A stretch of 61,357 nt of DNA from a virus. Its lineage: Duplodnaviria; Caudoviricetes. Below the pieces are notes generated by a model that searched no databases, had not been told where the DNA came from, and saw only the letters and a list, made by a program, of their open reading frames with translations. Positions 1 to 7,778 of the stretch are shown piece after piece; the first letter of the stretch is position 1, and each line of letters begins with the position of its first letter. The translations under genes and the position numbers were made by a program. The stretch spans positions 1-61,357 of IMG/VR virus record IMGVR_UViG_3300048584_000008; one strand, given 5' to 3'.

Positions 1-178
1 CTGATTCGCATTCAGGGGCCGGGCCTTGGCCTTAACATTTATTTAACATAGGGGGGGGGGTATCCCCTCGGCCGTCGCGCATGTGGGTGGGTAGGTCGGA
101 GTCCCGCCACAGTACTTCCGAACATTTCCTAGCATCTTCACATAATCTTAACAACTGAACTAATGACCGGCGGAGCGT
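1..178. repeat. Left direct terminal repeat
   Basis: 1-178 matches 61181-61357 except the G homopolymer (G10 left, G9 right). Confidence 0.9.
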
Positions 179-264
179 GTCTAAGCCGTTTATTAACTCA
201 ACTACTACTTCGCCGGAGTCTGCTCTGGCAGACGACTGCCCGTAAGGGCCTAGGAGACCGCCAA

Positions 265-741
265 ATGACCGACCCGCTACTACCCCTGCTCCCTAACCCA
301 GATGATCGCTTACAGGCGCTCCTAGAAGCTTCTAGAGGCATCCAGCTACGGGTACTACCCGGGGCCTCCGTCAGGCTATCTAGGTTCACCCAGAAGCAGG
401 TCAGCCGGGCGAACCCGCTGAAGAGGACCAAGGCTAAGCCGGGGAGGCCTAAGGACCACTACCAGACCCGCCGCAAGAAGAAGCGCACGCGGAACAGGAG
501 CAAGTGGGACCAGTACGCCAAATGGAAGCACAAGTTCGGAGCTAGGTGGCTCCTCACGAAGGAGGACTGGGATATGCTCTGGGAATATATAGGCGGGTAC
601 TCTCTCCGGTTGGGGACCTACGAGAGGGGGGAGCCTGTGACTCTGGAGAGTCTGTGGATAGAAACCGGCGATAGCGTGAAACCGGCTCGGCTCTGGGAAG
701 GAGCCGAAGAAAAGCTGAGGCGACTAGGCTATATTGGCTAG
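265..741 (+). CDS. Basic hypothetical protein; C-terminus resembles a degenerate phage HNH-like nuclease
   Basis: ATG 265 follows AGGAG (ORF track starts at 163, inside the DTR); Lys/Arg-rich middle; WLLTKEDWDMLW...EPVTLESLWI resembles the LTFEEW..W phage nuclease family (by eye). Confidence 0.55.
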   Translation: MTDPLLPLLPNPDDRLQALLEASRGIQLRVLPGASVRLSRFTQKQVSRANPLKRTKAKPGRPKDHYQTRRKKKRTRNRSKWDQYAKWKHKFGARWLLTKEDWDMLWEYIGGYSLRLGTYERGEPVTLESLWIETGDSVKPARLWEGAEEKLRRLGYIG

Positions 742-756
742 GCCTCGGCGGTAGCG

Positions 757-884
757 TATATATAATATATATATATATATATATAATAATATATAAAAGC
801 TCTTATAAGCTCTTAGGAGCTATTAAGAGCGACTAAGAGCTATATATAAAAGCTCTTATAGCTTTAGGCTTAAGGCCTAAGAGC
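757..884. other. AT-rich origin-like site 1 with GCTCTTA/TAAGAGC repeats
   Basis: Pure A/T 757-798; 19-bp direct repeat ATATATAAAAGCTCTTATA at 789 and 842; GCTCTTA/TAAGAGC six times in both orientations. Confidence 0.55.
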
Positions 885-1008
885 CGGCTTATCCAGTCCT
901 GAAAGGACGTGGAACCGGCACACCAAGTCGAAGACTACAAGCCAAGGTGGCCGGATTCAGCTCGCGTTTACGTTTAATTGAACTTAAGCCTTAGACGGGA
1001 GTCTAAGG
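883..1008 (+). other. Structured intergenic leader upstream of the late operon
   Basis: Hairpins GTCCT-GAA-AGGAC, AGTC-GAA-GACT and CCTTAGAC-GGGA-GTCTAAGG; alternative GCCGG/CCGGC pairings. Confidence 0.4.
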
Positions 1009-1036
1009 GTCCGATACGAGATTAGGAGATTAGGCT

Positions 1037-1282
1037 ATGGATGGCATACGAGCGTGGTTAAACCAGAGCGTATCTCCAGAGAACTTAGCCAAGTGGCTGG
1101 CACACCTAGGCGGACGCCGGTTCATTCTAACCCTAGGAGCGGGAGTGGTTACATCCATCCTCTGCTGGTACGGGAAGATTACCCCGGAGATATACCGGGA
1201 TGTTATTATCGGTACGGTAGGACTGTTCATTGCGGGCAACACGATACAGAAGAATACCCAGATTAAAGCCGCAGGGGAGTGA
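1037..1282 (+). CDS. Small membrane protein, holin-like
   Basis: AGGAG RBS; two hydrophobic segments after RRF; 81 aa. Confidence 0.6.
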   Translation: MDGIRAWLNQSVSPENLAKWLAHLGGRRFILTLGAGVVTSILCWYGKITPEIYRDVIIGTVGLFIAGNTIQKNTQIKAAGE

Positions 1283-1878
1283 CGGTGCCTAAGGTTGGGA
1301 TAGTCGTCCCCTCTGGGGATATGGTACACGCTAAGTTTGCGGTTTGCCTGACCGGCGTTGTACAGGCTACACAGCGGGCTGACATGGTGGTGATTAACCC
1401 CCAGTCCTCGCTAGTAGCCACAGGCAGGCAGATGGGAGTAGAAGCGGCGTTAGGCCGGGAGTGCTCCCACATTCTGTTTCTAGACTCGGATATGGTATTC
1501 CCGCCGGATACGCTGGAAATACTACTGTCCCACGACAAGCCAGTTGTAGGAGCCACATACGTCAGGCGGAAGCTACCGTCTGCGTTACTCCACAGGGAAC
1601 TGGTCGGGGAGGCGAGGGTAGGCCACGGGCTGCGGGAGGTAGCCCGCCTGCCGCTAGGGTGCACCCTGATACAGGCTGAAGTATTCGAGGAGCTAGCGGT
1701 ACCCTACTTCCGGTGTACCTACCCTAACGGGTTTGAGGCCGGAGAGGACTTCTGGTTCTGTGACCAAGCAAGAGAGAAATCATTCGGCATCTGGTTAGAT
1801 GCCAACCTGTCCAGACGGATAGGTCATCTAGGTATGTACACGCATACCGTAAACGATCTAGGAGAAAGCCTACAATGA
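1279..1878 (+). CDS. GT-A fold (family 2-like) glycosyltransferase
   Basis: HILFLDSDM DxD motif, GCTLI, GEDFWFC, GHLG; GTGA overlap with upstream stop. Confidence 0.8.
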   Translation: MTVPKVGIVVPSGDMVHAKFAVCLTGVVQATQRADMVVINPQSSLVATGRQMGVEAALGRECSHILFLDSDMVFPPDTLEILLSHDKPVVGATYVRRKLPSALLHRELVGEARVGHGLREVARLPLGCTLIQAEVFEELAVPYFRCTYPNGFEAGEDFWFCDQAREKSFGIWLDANLSRRIGHLGMYTHTVNDLGESLQ

Positions 1879-2123
1879 GCACTCTATTCAATCGCTTTTC
1901 CCATTTCCCCAAGCACCACGAGGTTATTACCCCCTCGGACTCGGTTAACCTAGCCAAGGGCGACCTGCTAATCTACTGTGGCTCTGCGGGTACCATCGCC
2001 GTACACGACACCTTTGACGTGCCAGTCACCTACACGGTAGCGGCTGGTGATGTCCTGCCGGTCCTAGTGAAGCGGGTGTTGTTTACTGGTACTACCGTAA
2101 CGCCTGTCATCGGGCTGTACTAA
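1875..2123 (+). CDS. Head spike base protein (RcGTA Rcc01079-like)
   Basis: ITPSD...IYCGSAGTIAV...AGDVLPVLVKRVLFTGTT pattern typical of this family. Confidence 0.75.
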   Translation: MSTLFNRFSHFPKHHEVITPSDSVNLAKGDLLIYCGSAGTIAVHDTFDVPVTYTVAAGDVLPVLVKRVLFTGTTVTPVIGLY

Positions 2124-2127
2124 CCCT

Positions 2128-2955
2128 ATGAAGTCTGCTTCTAACAGACTAGAGGTAGGCCTACGGCTGCCGTGGAGAGGCTCCGGGATAGTTGGCGGGG
2201 CTCCGCCGTTTACTCCGGCTAGCTTGTTTAGTTCTGGAGAAGTGGGAGCGTGGTACGACGCTAGTGATCTTTCAACCATGTTCCAGGACGAGGCAGGTAC
2301 CATACCAGTGACTGCTGCGGGGCAAGCCGTTGCGCGAATCAATGATAAGTCCGGTAGAGGCATCAACGCACTGCAGGCAACGCCTGCCTCTCGCCCCCTG
2401 TATCAGACCTCAGGAGGAAAGCACTGGCTAGAGTTTGACGGAGTAGATGACTCCATAAATAGTGGTACGGCTAACTTCTCGACTACGGCTCAGATATCCG
2501 CCTTTGCTGGCGTGCGGCGACTTACTGGGGGCTCTCCTCGTGGTATCGTACGCGCAGACGCCACTAACGGATTTTACCTAACTTTTGCATCTGCTCCGGC
2601 TAACGGCTCTTTGGCAAATGAACTCTACCAATCTGGGGCGTCTACCGTGGTCGCTTCCGACACAGCGCTTAGTGTGGGGGTAGATGCTGTAGTTGGTGCC
2701 CAAATGAATCGACTAGGTGCTGCGGCAACGAATGAAGTGGTACTCCGGCAAAATGGCGCTGGAATCGCGTCAACGGTAAATAGTGCTGGACCACAGGCGG
2801 ACACTAACTTTACGAGTGCGTTTAGTCTACAGATGCCGGGACCGTTTTCTGGCAATTATCGTATGTATCAGGTGGTAGTACTGGGACGAGCCCTTACTGG
2901 CGGAGAGCTAGCCAGTCTTGAGAGCTTTATTAATACTAAGACAGGGGCGTACTAA
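2128..2955 (+). CDS. Head spike fibre / lectin-like (ConA/LamG) protein (Rcc01080-like)
   Basis: FTPASLF..GEVGAWYDASDLSTMFQD...DKSGRG...RPLY...FDGVDD; follows the spike base gene. Confidence 0.7.
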   Translation: MKSASNRLEVGLRLPWRGSGIVGGAPPFTPASLFSSGEVGAWYDASDLSTMFQDEAGTIPVTAAGQAVARINDKSGRGINALQATPASRPLYQTSGGKHWLEFDGVDDSINSGTANFSTTAQISAFAGVRRLTGGSPRGIVRADATNGFYLTFASAPANGSLANELYQSGASTVVASDTALSVGVDAVVGAQMNRLGAAATNEVVLRQNGAGIASTVNSAGPQADTNFTSAFSLQMPGPFSGNYRMYQVVVLGRALTGGELASLESFINTKTGAY

Positions 2956-3526
2956 TGTTCCTAGTAGCCGACCTTTCTCGAACTATAGACTTCTCATAGT
3001 GGCCCTCATACTCCCAAATTCCATGCAAGAGCTAGTAGGCCAGCGGGTATCCCGCTTCGGTCTATCCCATAACTCTAACCGATTCTTCTTTGATGTACCG
3101 GCCAAGCGGATTAACTCCAGACGGTCTAGGTATGGATACGAGCTGGCGGATGGCCTACTGCTGGTAGGCTCCCACAACATAGCCCCCCTTCTAGGGGGCT
3201 TGGTACTTGCAGTGTATGCCACTGACTCGGTGCCGGGGAGCCTTAACCAACTAGTCTTTGAGACTAATCCTACTACTAATAAAGTAGAGCGCACTATATT
3301 TTATATCGAGCAAGCCCCTGTCACAGACAGTGACTTCCTAATTGTTGAGGACGATAGCTCTAGCGATCAGTTCCTTCTAACCGAGGGACTAGACTTCCTA
3401 ATCCTAGATGGGTCAGGGGACGGGGTATCAGACGCCACCATCCAAGACGCGTCGATCAATAAAAACATATTCAGTCCTACGGACTCCGAGACTAAGTTCT
3501 TCATCATTCAAGAGGACGACTTTTAA
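2918..3526 (+). CDS. Hypothetical virion protein (start uncertain)
   Basis: Fills the operon gap; acidic C-terminal FLLTEGLDFLILD-type motifs seen in fibre-associated proteins. Confidence 0.55.
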   Translation: MRALLILRQGRTNVPSSRPFSNYRLLIVALILPNSMQELVGQRVSRFGLSHNSNRFFFDVPAKRINSRRSRYGYELADGLLLVGSHNIAPLLGGLVLAVYATDSVPGSLNQLVFETNPTTNKVERTIFYIEQAPVTDSDFLIVEDDSSSDQFLLTEGLDFLILDGSGDGVSDATIQDASINKNIFSPTDSETKFFIIQEDDF

Positions 3527-3528
3527 TC

Positions 3529-4293
3529 ATGGCTAACTTTAAGTTCTCAGAACTGCCTGCGGGTACAGCAGTAGCTTTAACAGACCTACTAGCGCTATCT
3601 CAGGAAATGGCGGGAACGCCCGTTTCTAGAAAGCTCACTGTAGCCCAGCTAATAGCCCTACTGGCGGCTACTCCCGGCCTAGCAGACGTGTTCGTTAATG
3701 TAGCCGGCGACACCATGACTGGTGGGCTGACCATTTCTAGTGGTAACATAACACTAGGGGCTGGTAATGCGGACGTTACGGGCAGTGTGATAGTGCGGAA
3801 CGGGGCTAACACACTTACGGTATCTGTTGCCCCCGATGGTACTGTAAACATAGAGCCGGCCAATGGCAACGAAATTATGACAATTAACTCTGGTACGGCG
3901 GCTTCCGGGGCAACCGGCCAGCTGATTACTGGGCGCTTCCGGTCCAGCATGCCAGTAGAGATACGCAATACAGCCGCGACACTAGGCTCTGGCGCTACGG
4001 GCGTAGCCTCAGCCTTAGTAAGAGCCAGCAACGCTAGCAGCATAAACCACACTGTGCGTAAAAACACGGGCGCTCCCGGTCTAGATTTCCAAGTAGGTAA
4101 CTACTTCTCGGTCACCCAAGAGGGTGCGGGGCAGGTAGTTCTAGTGCCAGAGAATGGCAACGTAATATTCCATATCCCGTCTACCCATCTCCCGCGTACA
4201 CGCGTTCAGCACAGCACTATTACTGCTACGCTGAAAGAGGTCACCGGCTCTACAGAGACGTGGCTAATTTCTGGCGACATGGCGGCTGTCTGA
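3529..4293 (+). CDS. Fibre-like virion protein
   Basis: MANFKFSELP N-terminus, FVNVAGDTMTGGL motif, C-terminal TQEGAGQV...WLISGD domain. Confidence 0.7.
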   Translation: MANFKFSELPAGTAVALTDLLALSQEMAGTPVSRKLTVAQLIALLAATPGLADVFVNVAGDTMTGGLTISSGNITLGAGNADVTGSVIVRNGANTLTVSVAPDGTVNIEPANGNEIMTINSGTAASGATGQLITGRFRSSMPVEIRNTAATLGSGATGVASALVRASNASSINHTVRKNTGAPGLDFQVGNYFSVTQEGAGQVVLVPENGNVIFHIPSTHLPRTRVQHSTITATLKEVTGSTETWLISGDMAAV

Positions 4294-6065
4294 TGCACAC
4301 AGCTCTCTACGGGAGGCCGTTTAGCCTGTCCTTACCGCCGCTAGAGCCGGACTATAACGGTATGCTTGTGCTTAGCACTAGTAACGACCTGCGTACAATT
4401 TATACAGTACAGACGTCGGAGCTTGGTGGCGTACTAATGTCTAGAGGTCAGGGGCAAAACTTTCAGCTTCCTGCTGGAGTTGGCTGGGAGCTGCAAAATA
4501 TTGCTGCCCGTACAGCCGCTGGCCCAGGGCTCCTCGTAATTAATGTGGTTGACACTAACAATGATCTAGCCCAAGCCCACGTCTTCCGTACTAGTAGCGG
4601 TGGCATACAGGCAGTCTACCCAGAAGTAACCCACGACCCAGGATTCAACGCTATGTGGACAGCAGCCGACCCCTATAATGAGGTGTTCTACAAGCTGCTA
4701 CACGATGTTAATACAGATGACGAGTATCTTGTTGCGCGCTATCACATAGTAGACAACAAAGTAGCTCTGCACGGTACAGAGGCACGACTATCTGCTAATG
4801 GAGGAGCTGTAGGGCAGTTTGAGCCGACACCAGTATTTGGGGTTATTGATGGCAATTTCGTGTTTGCAGGTAGGCGCACGGACGACCCTTTCACGCAGAA
4901 GTTCCGGGCGTGGAGGTGGAACGGCACTACTATGGAGCTAGCGCACAGTCTAGACGTGGCCTCAATCTTCCCTAATAATCCCAATGTGTGTAGAAGCATG
5001 CACGGCGATAATTGGTTTGGCGTTGTGGATGCCCTAGACCCCGACTTCAGGCTTCAGGTCTATAGGTACACCAACGCGGCGGGCTTTGTCGCGGCGTTTA
5101 TCTACAATCCTGCGGCACTGTTTACCGGTACTAAAACAAATATTACGTACAGCTACGATCCAATAACCAAGCTTATACGCGTAGTCCCGGAGAGCAACAG
5201 CGTCAGAGCTGACGACTCCTACTTCTTCTCTATAGATGCCGGAGTTACAGCACTTACCGCTGCCGGTAGTGTTGTAAACCCATCTAATCTACGTGTAGCC
5301 GAGGGGTCTTTCCTAGATAACAGAGTGTACTATCGTACTACAGACGCTACTCAAGTGGCCCGCATCGCTAAACTAAATACACCAATAACTTCGGCAACAG
5401 ACGTGGGCACGCAGTATAGCTATACTGAAAACTCTGATGTATTCCCAGTAGTGTCAGGCCCTACTCCTGATCAAGCATTTAACCAGCTGTTTAAGAATCC
5501 TAACGCGACTCTTAACTTTACCTACGCGGCAGATGACACCCTTAACACTAGTATTAGTGCTGCTGGGCAGTACGGCTCGGCACGAGCTGTGAAGCCGGTA
5601 CTAGGAAAGTCATACTTTTCTATGGTAGTTAGGCACACAGACAGTGGTGCCGTGTGCGGGGTTGGCCTTGTAGATTCCGTGCACGATCTAGCAGGTAACT
5701 CTGATTGGCCGGGACAAGACACATTTGGCATATCCGTCGGCTCCCCTAATGGTACCATATACGTTAATGGTAGCAGCATAGGGAGCGTCGGTGCCCTCGC
5801 TGCTCCGAACGGTATTGAGTTCGCAGTTGACGCAGACCTACGTAGAATCTGGATCAGGAAGTCAGGCGGTGCTTGGATAGGAGGCGGTAATCCAGCAACA
5901 AACACCTCCCCTACACACACTTTAGCGGGCACTGGGCGTATTTTTCCGGCAGGCTGGGTAAGCACGGCCGGTACAATTGTAAACAGGTTTGTCGGGCTAG
6001 ATACTACTTTTGCCAACGGGGCAGTGCCCGCAGGATTCACAGAACGAAACTGGCACGAATACTAA
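4293..6065 (+). CDS. Receptor-binding/fibre protein with C-terminal SPRY/ConA-like domain
   Basis: ATG in TGATG overlap; beta-rich; GSARAVKPVLGKSYFSMVV...GVGLVD...FAVDADLRRIWIRKSGGAW. Confidence 0.65.
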   Translation: MHTALYGRPFSLSLPPLEPDYNGMLVLSTSNDLRTIYTVQTSELGGVLMSRGQGQNFQLPAGVGWELQNIAARTAAGPGLLVINVVDTNNDLAQAHVFRTSSGGIQAVYPEVTHDPGFNAMWTAADPYNEVFYKLLHDVNTDDEYLVARYHIVDNKVALHGTEARLSANGGAVGQFEPTPVFGVIDGNFVFAGRRTDDPFTQKFRAWRWNGTTMELAHSLDVASIFPNNPNVCRSMHGDNWFGVVDALDPDFRLQVYRYTNAAGFVAAFIYNPAALFTGTKTNITYSYDPITKLIRVVPESNSVRADDSYFFSIDAGVTALTAAGSVVNPSNLRVAEGSFLDNRVYYRTTDATQVARIAKLNTPITSATDVGTQYSYTENSDVFPVVSGPTPDQAFNQLFKNPNATLNFTYAADDTLNTSISAAGQYGSARAVKPVLGKSYFSMVVRHTDSGAVCGVGLVDSVHDLAGNSDWPGQDTFGISVGSPNGTIYVNGSSIGSVGALAAPNGIEFAVDADLRRIWIRKSGGAWIGGGNPATNTSPTHTLAGTGRIFPAGWVSTAGTIVNRFVGLDTTFANGAVPAGFTERNWHEY

Positions 6066-6077
6066 TAGAGGTCTCTC

Positions 6078-6605
6078 ATGAAGCTTTTAGAGCAGTACTT
6101 AAAAGACGCAAGAAAGCACGAAGGCTTTAGGGAGTACGCCTACCCAGACCCGCTATCGGTGCTGGCTAAGAAGTACAAGAACCTACGCTGGGGATTCCAG
6201 CCCGCCAGAGAACTATTGAACTTAATCGGCGAGCCGGAGTCAAAAGGAAATCCGTGGACTATTGGGTATGGCTACACCCACGGCGTCACGCCCGACCATA
6301 AGTTCTCTAGGGAGATGGCCGAGCACAAACTGAAGGAGGTGATTCTCTTATCTGTGCGAGATTCTCAGATTCTCGTATCTAACTTCGAGGACCAGCCGGA
6401 TGCTGTCAAGACTGTGCTGGTGAGTATGGCCTATAACATGGGACGTAAAAGACTAGGAGCATTTAAAAATACCCTAAGGTTCTGTAGAGAAAAGAATTAT
6501 CCTGCGATGGCGGATGGAATGGAAAAGTCGCTCTGGTACAAGCAGGTAGGTGCCAGAGCGAGAGAACTTGTACAACGAGTTCGTACCTTGAAGATTGAAT
6601 CGTAA
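6078..6605 (+). CDS. Endolysin, GH24 phage lysozyme
   Basis: HEGFREYAYPD...WTIGYG catalytic E/D/T; MAYNMG; SLWYKQVGARA. Confidence 0.9.
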   Translation: MKLLEQYLKDARKHEGFREYAYPDPLSVLAKKYKNLRWGFQPARELLNLIGEPESKGNPWTIGYGYTHGVTPDHKFSREMAEHKLKEVILLSVRDSQILVSNFEDQPDAVKTVLVSMAYNMGRKRLGAFKNTLRFCREKNYPAMADGMEKSLWYKQVGARARELVQRVRTLKIES

Positions 6606-6632
6606 TACCCCACTAAGTAAAGGAGAACTAAA

Positions 6633-6974
6633 ATGCCTAATGTAACTAAGCGTAACAAGCTGTTCAGCTTTGACCTACTAGAAAAGCGTGCTCTTGAGGT
6701 CTGGAATGGCTACATTGACGCCTTCAACACTGTCGATCCTGCCTCGCTTGCTGCGGGTGCTTCCGGCTCGCCGTCTACTTTCTCGGTTCCGGGCGCTCGC
6801 CTAGGTGACTTTGTGGTAGCTTCGTTTAGCCTGCCTACTACTGGCCTGCAGATTCTAGCCAGCGTGTCGGCTAACGATACTGTGGCTGTTGCCTTTGTTA
6901 ACCCCACAGCTGGTATTATTGACCTTGCTCCGGGTGTTGTGAACGTGCGTGTGTTTAAGCGAGTCCCCCTCTAA
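6633..6974 (+). CDS. Putative small virion structural protein
   Basis: AAGGAG RBS; VPGARLGDFVVAS...VSANDTV...IDLAPG pattern. Confidence 0.65.
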   Translation: MPNVTKRNKLFSFDLLEKRALEVWNGYIDAFNTVDPASLAAGASGSPSTFSVPGARLGDFVVASFSLPTTGLQILASVSANDTVAVAFVNPTAGIIDLAPGVVNVRVFKRVPL

Positions 6975-6988
6975 TCTAGGAGATACTT

Positions 6989-7357
6989 ATGTCGTCGGAT
7001 GAAATCCTGACCCCCGCTGAAGAAGATACTGGCCTGATTGCTTATATGTTTACTAACGATGCCAAGCAGAGCTACCTTCTACAGCAGCTACTTGATATGT
7101 ACTACAGAGGTGCTTACTCCAATACTATCGGCATCATGTCCGCTCTTAACACCGAGACGGAAGAGACTGAGCTGCTTATTGTTGGGGTGAGCCATGACGA
7201 GGACGGTCTAACTAACACCTTCCCACTGGCGCGTATTCTTACCCCACAGGAAGTGGGTAAGTATCGCGGCCCGGACGGTAAGGGCGGCTGGCTAGATGGC
7301 GAGACCAGCGCCGAAGGTATCTTCGGCGAGGCAGCTAATGACCAGCCAATCAACTGA
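6989..7357 (+). CDS. Acidic hypothetical protein
   Basis: AGGAG RBS; operon context. Confidence 0.7.
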   Translation: MSSDEILTPAEEDTGLIAYMFTNDAKQSYLLQQLLDMYYRGAYSNTIGIMSALNTETEETELLIVGVSHDEDGLTNTFPLARILTPQEVGKYRGPDGKGGWLDGETSAEGIFGEAANDQPIN

Positions 7358-7778
7358 TTGGGCCTCTATCCTCATCTCTGAGTACGAGAGCGGGGCAGAC
7401 GACGAAGAAGTGATGGCGGCTATACGGCTATCGCGGAAGGAGTTTGCCCAGCACTACGAGGAGAGTGTGCAGTTCCGGGAGCTAGTCGATATTGGTCGGC
7501 TAGCCTCCGCTGCTTGGTGGAAGAGGGTTGCCCGTACTAACTTGTTCAACAAGAATTTCAATTCCAGTATCTGGCTGCCGGTTATGCGTCACCGCTTTGG
7601 CTGGTCGGATAAGCAGGAACTTAGCATCACGGGTAGCCAGATGGCTAACAAGAGTGATGATGAACTGAGAGCAGACATCGCGGCTAGGATGCCGGGTCTA
7701 GCTAAGAAGCTAGGCGTCGTCAAGCGGGAAGCGGATAACGTGGTACTACCCTTCCCCTCGGAGAAGTCGGATGAGTGA
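7338..7778 (+). CDS. terS: Terminase small subunit
   Basis: Directly upstream of TerL; AWW...FNSSIWLPVMRHRFGWSDKQE pattern; ATG 7338 after GAGG (ORF track start 7296). Confidence 0.75.
   Translation: MTSQSTDWASILISEYESGADDEEVMAAIRLSRKEFAQHYEESVQFRELVDIGRLASAAWWKRVARTNLFNKNFNSSIWLPVMRHRFGWSDKQELSITGSQMANKSDDELRADIAARMPGLAKKLGVVKREADNVVLPFPSEKSDE

Noticed and set aside
1189-1204. Extra copy of the early hairpin motif (GATATACCGGGATGTT) in the holin-like gene
   Set aside because: Imperfect stem, inside a coding sequence and antisense to late transcription; may be chance
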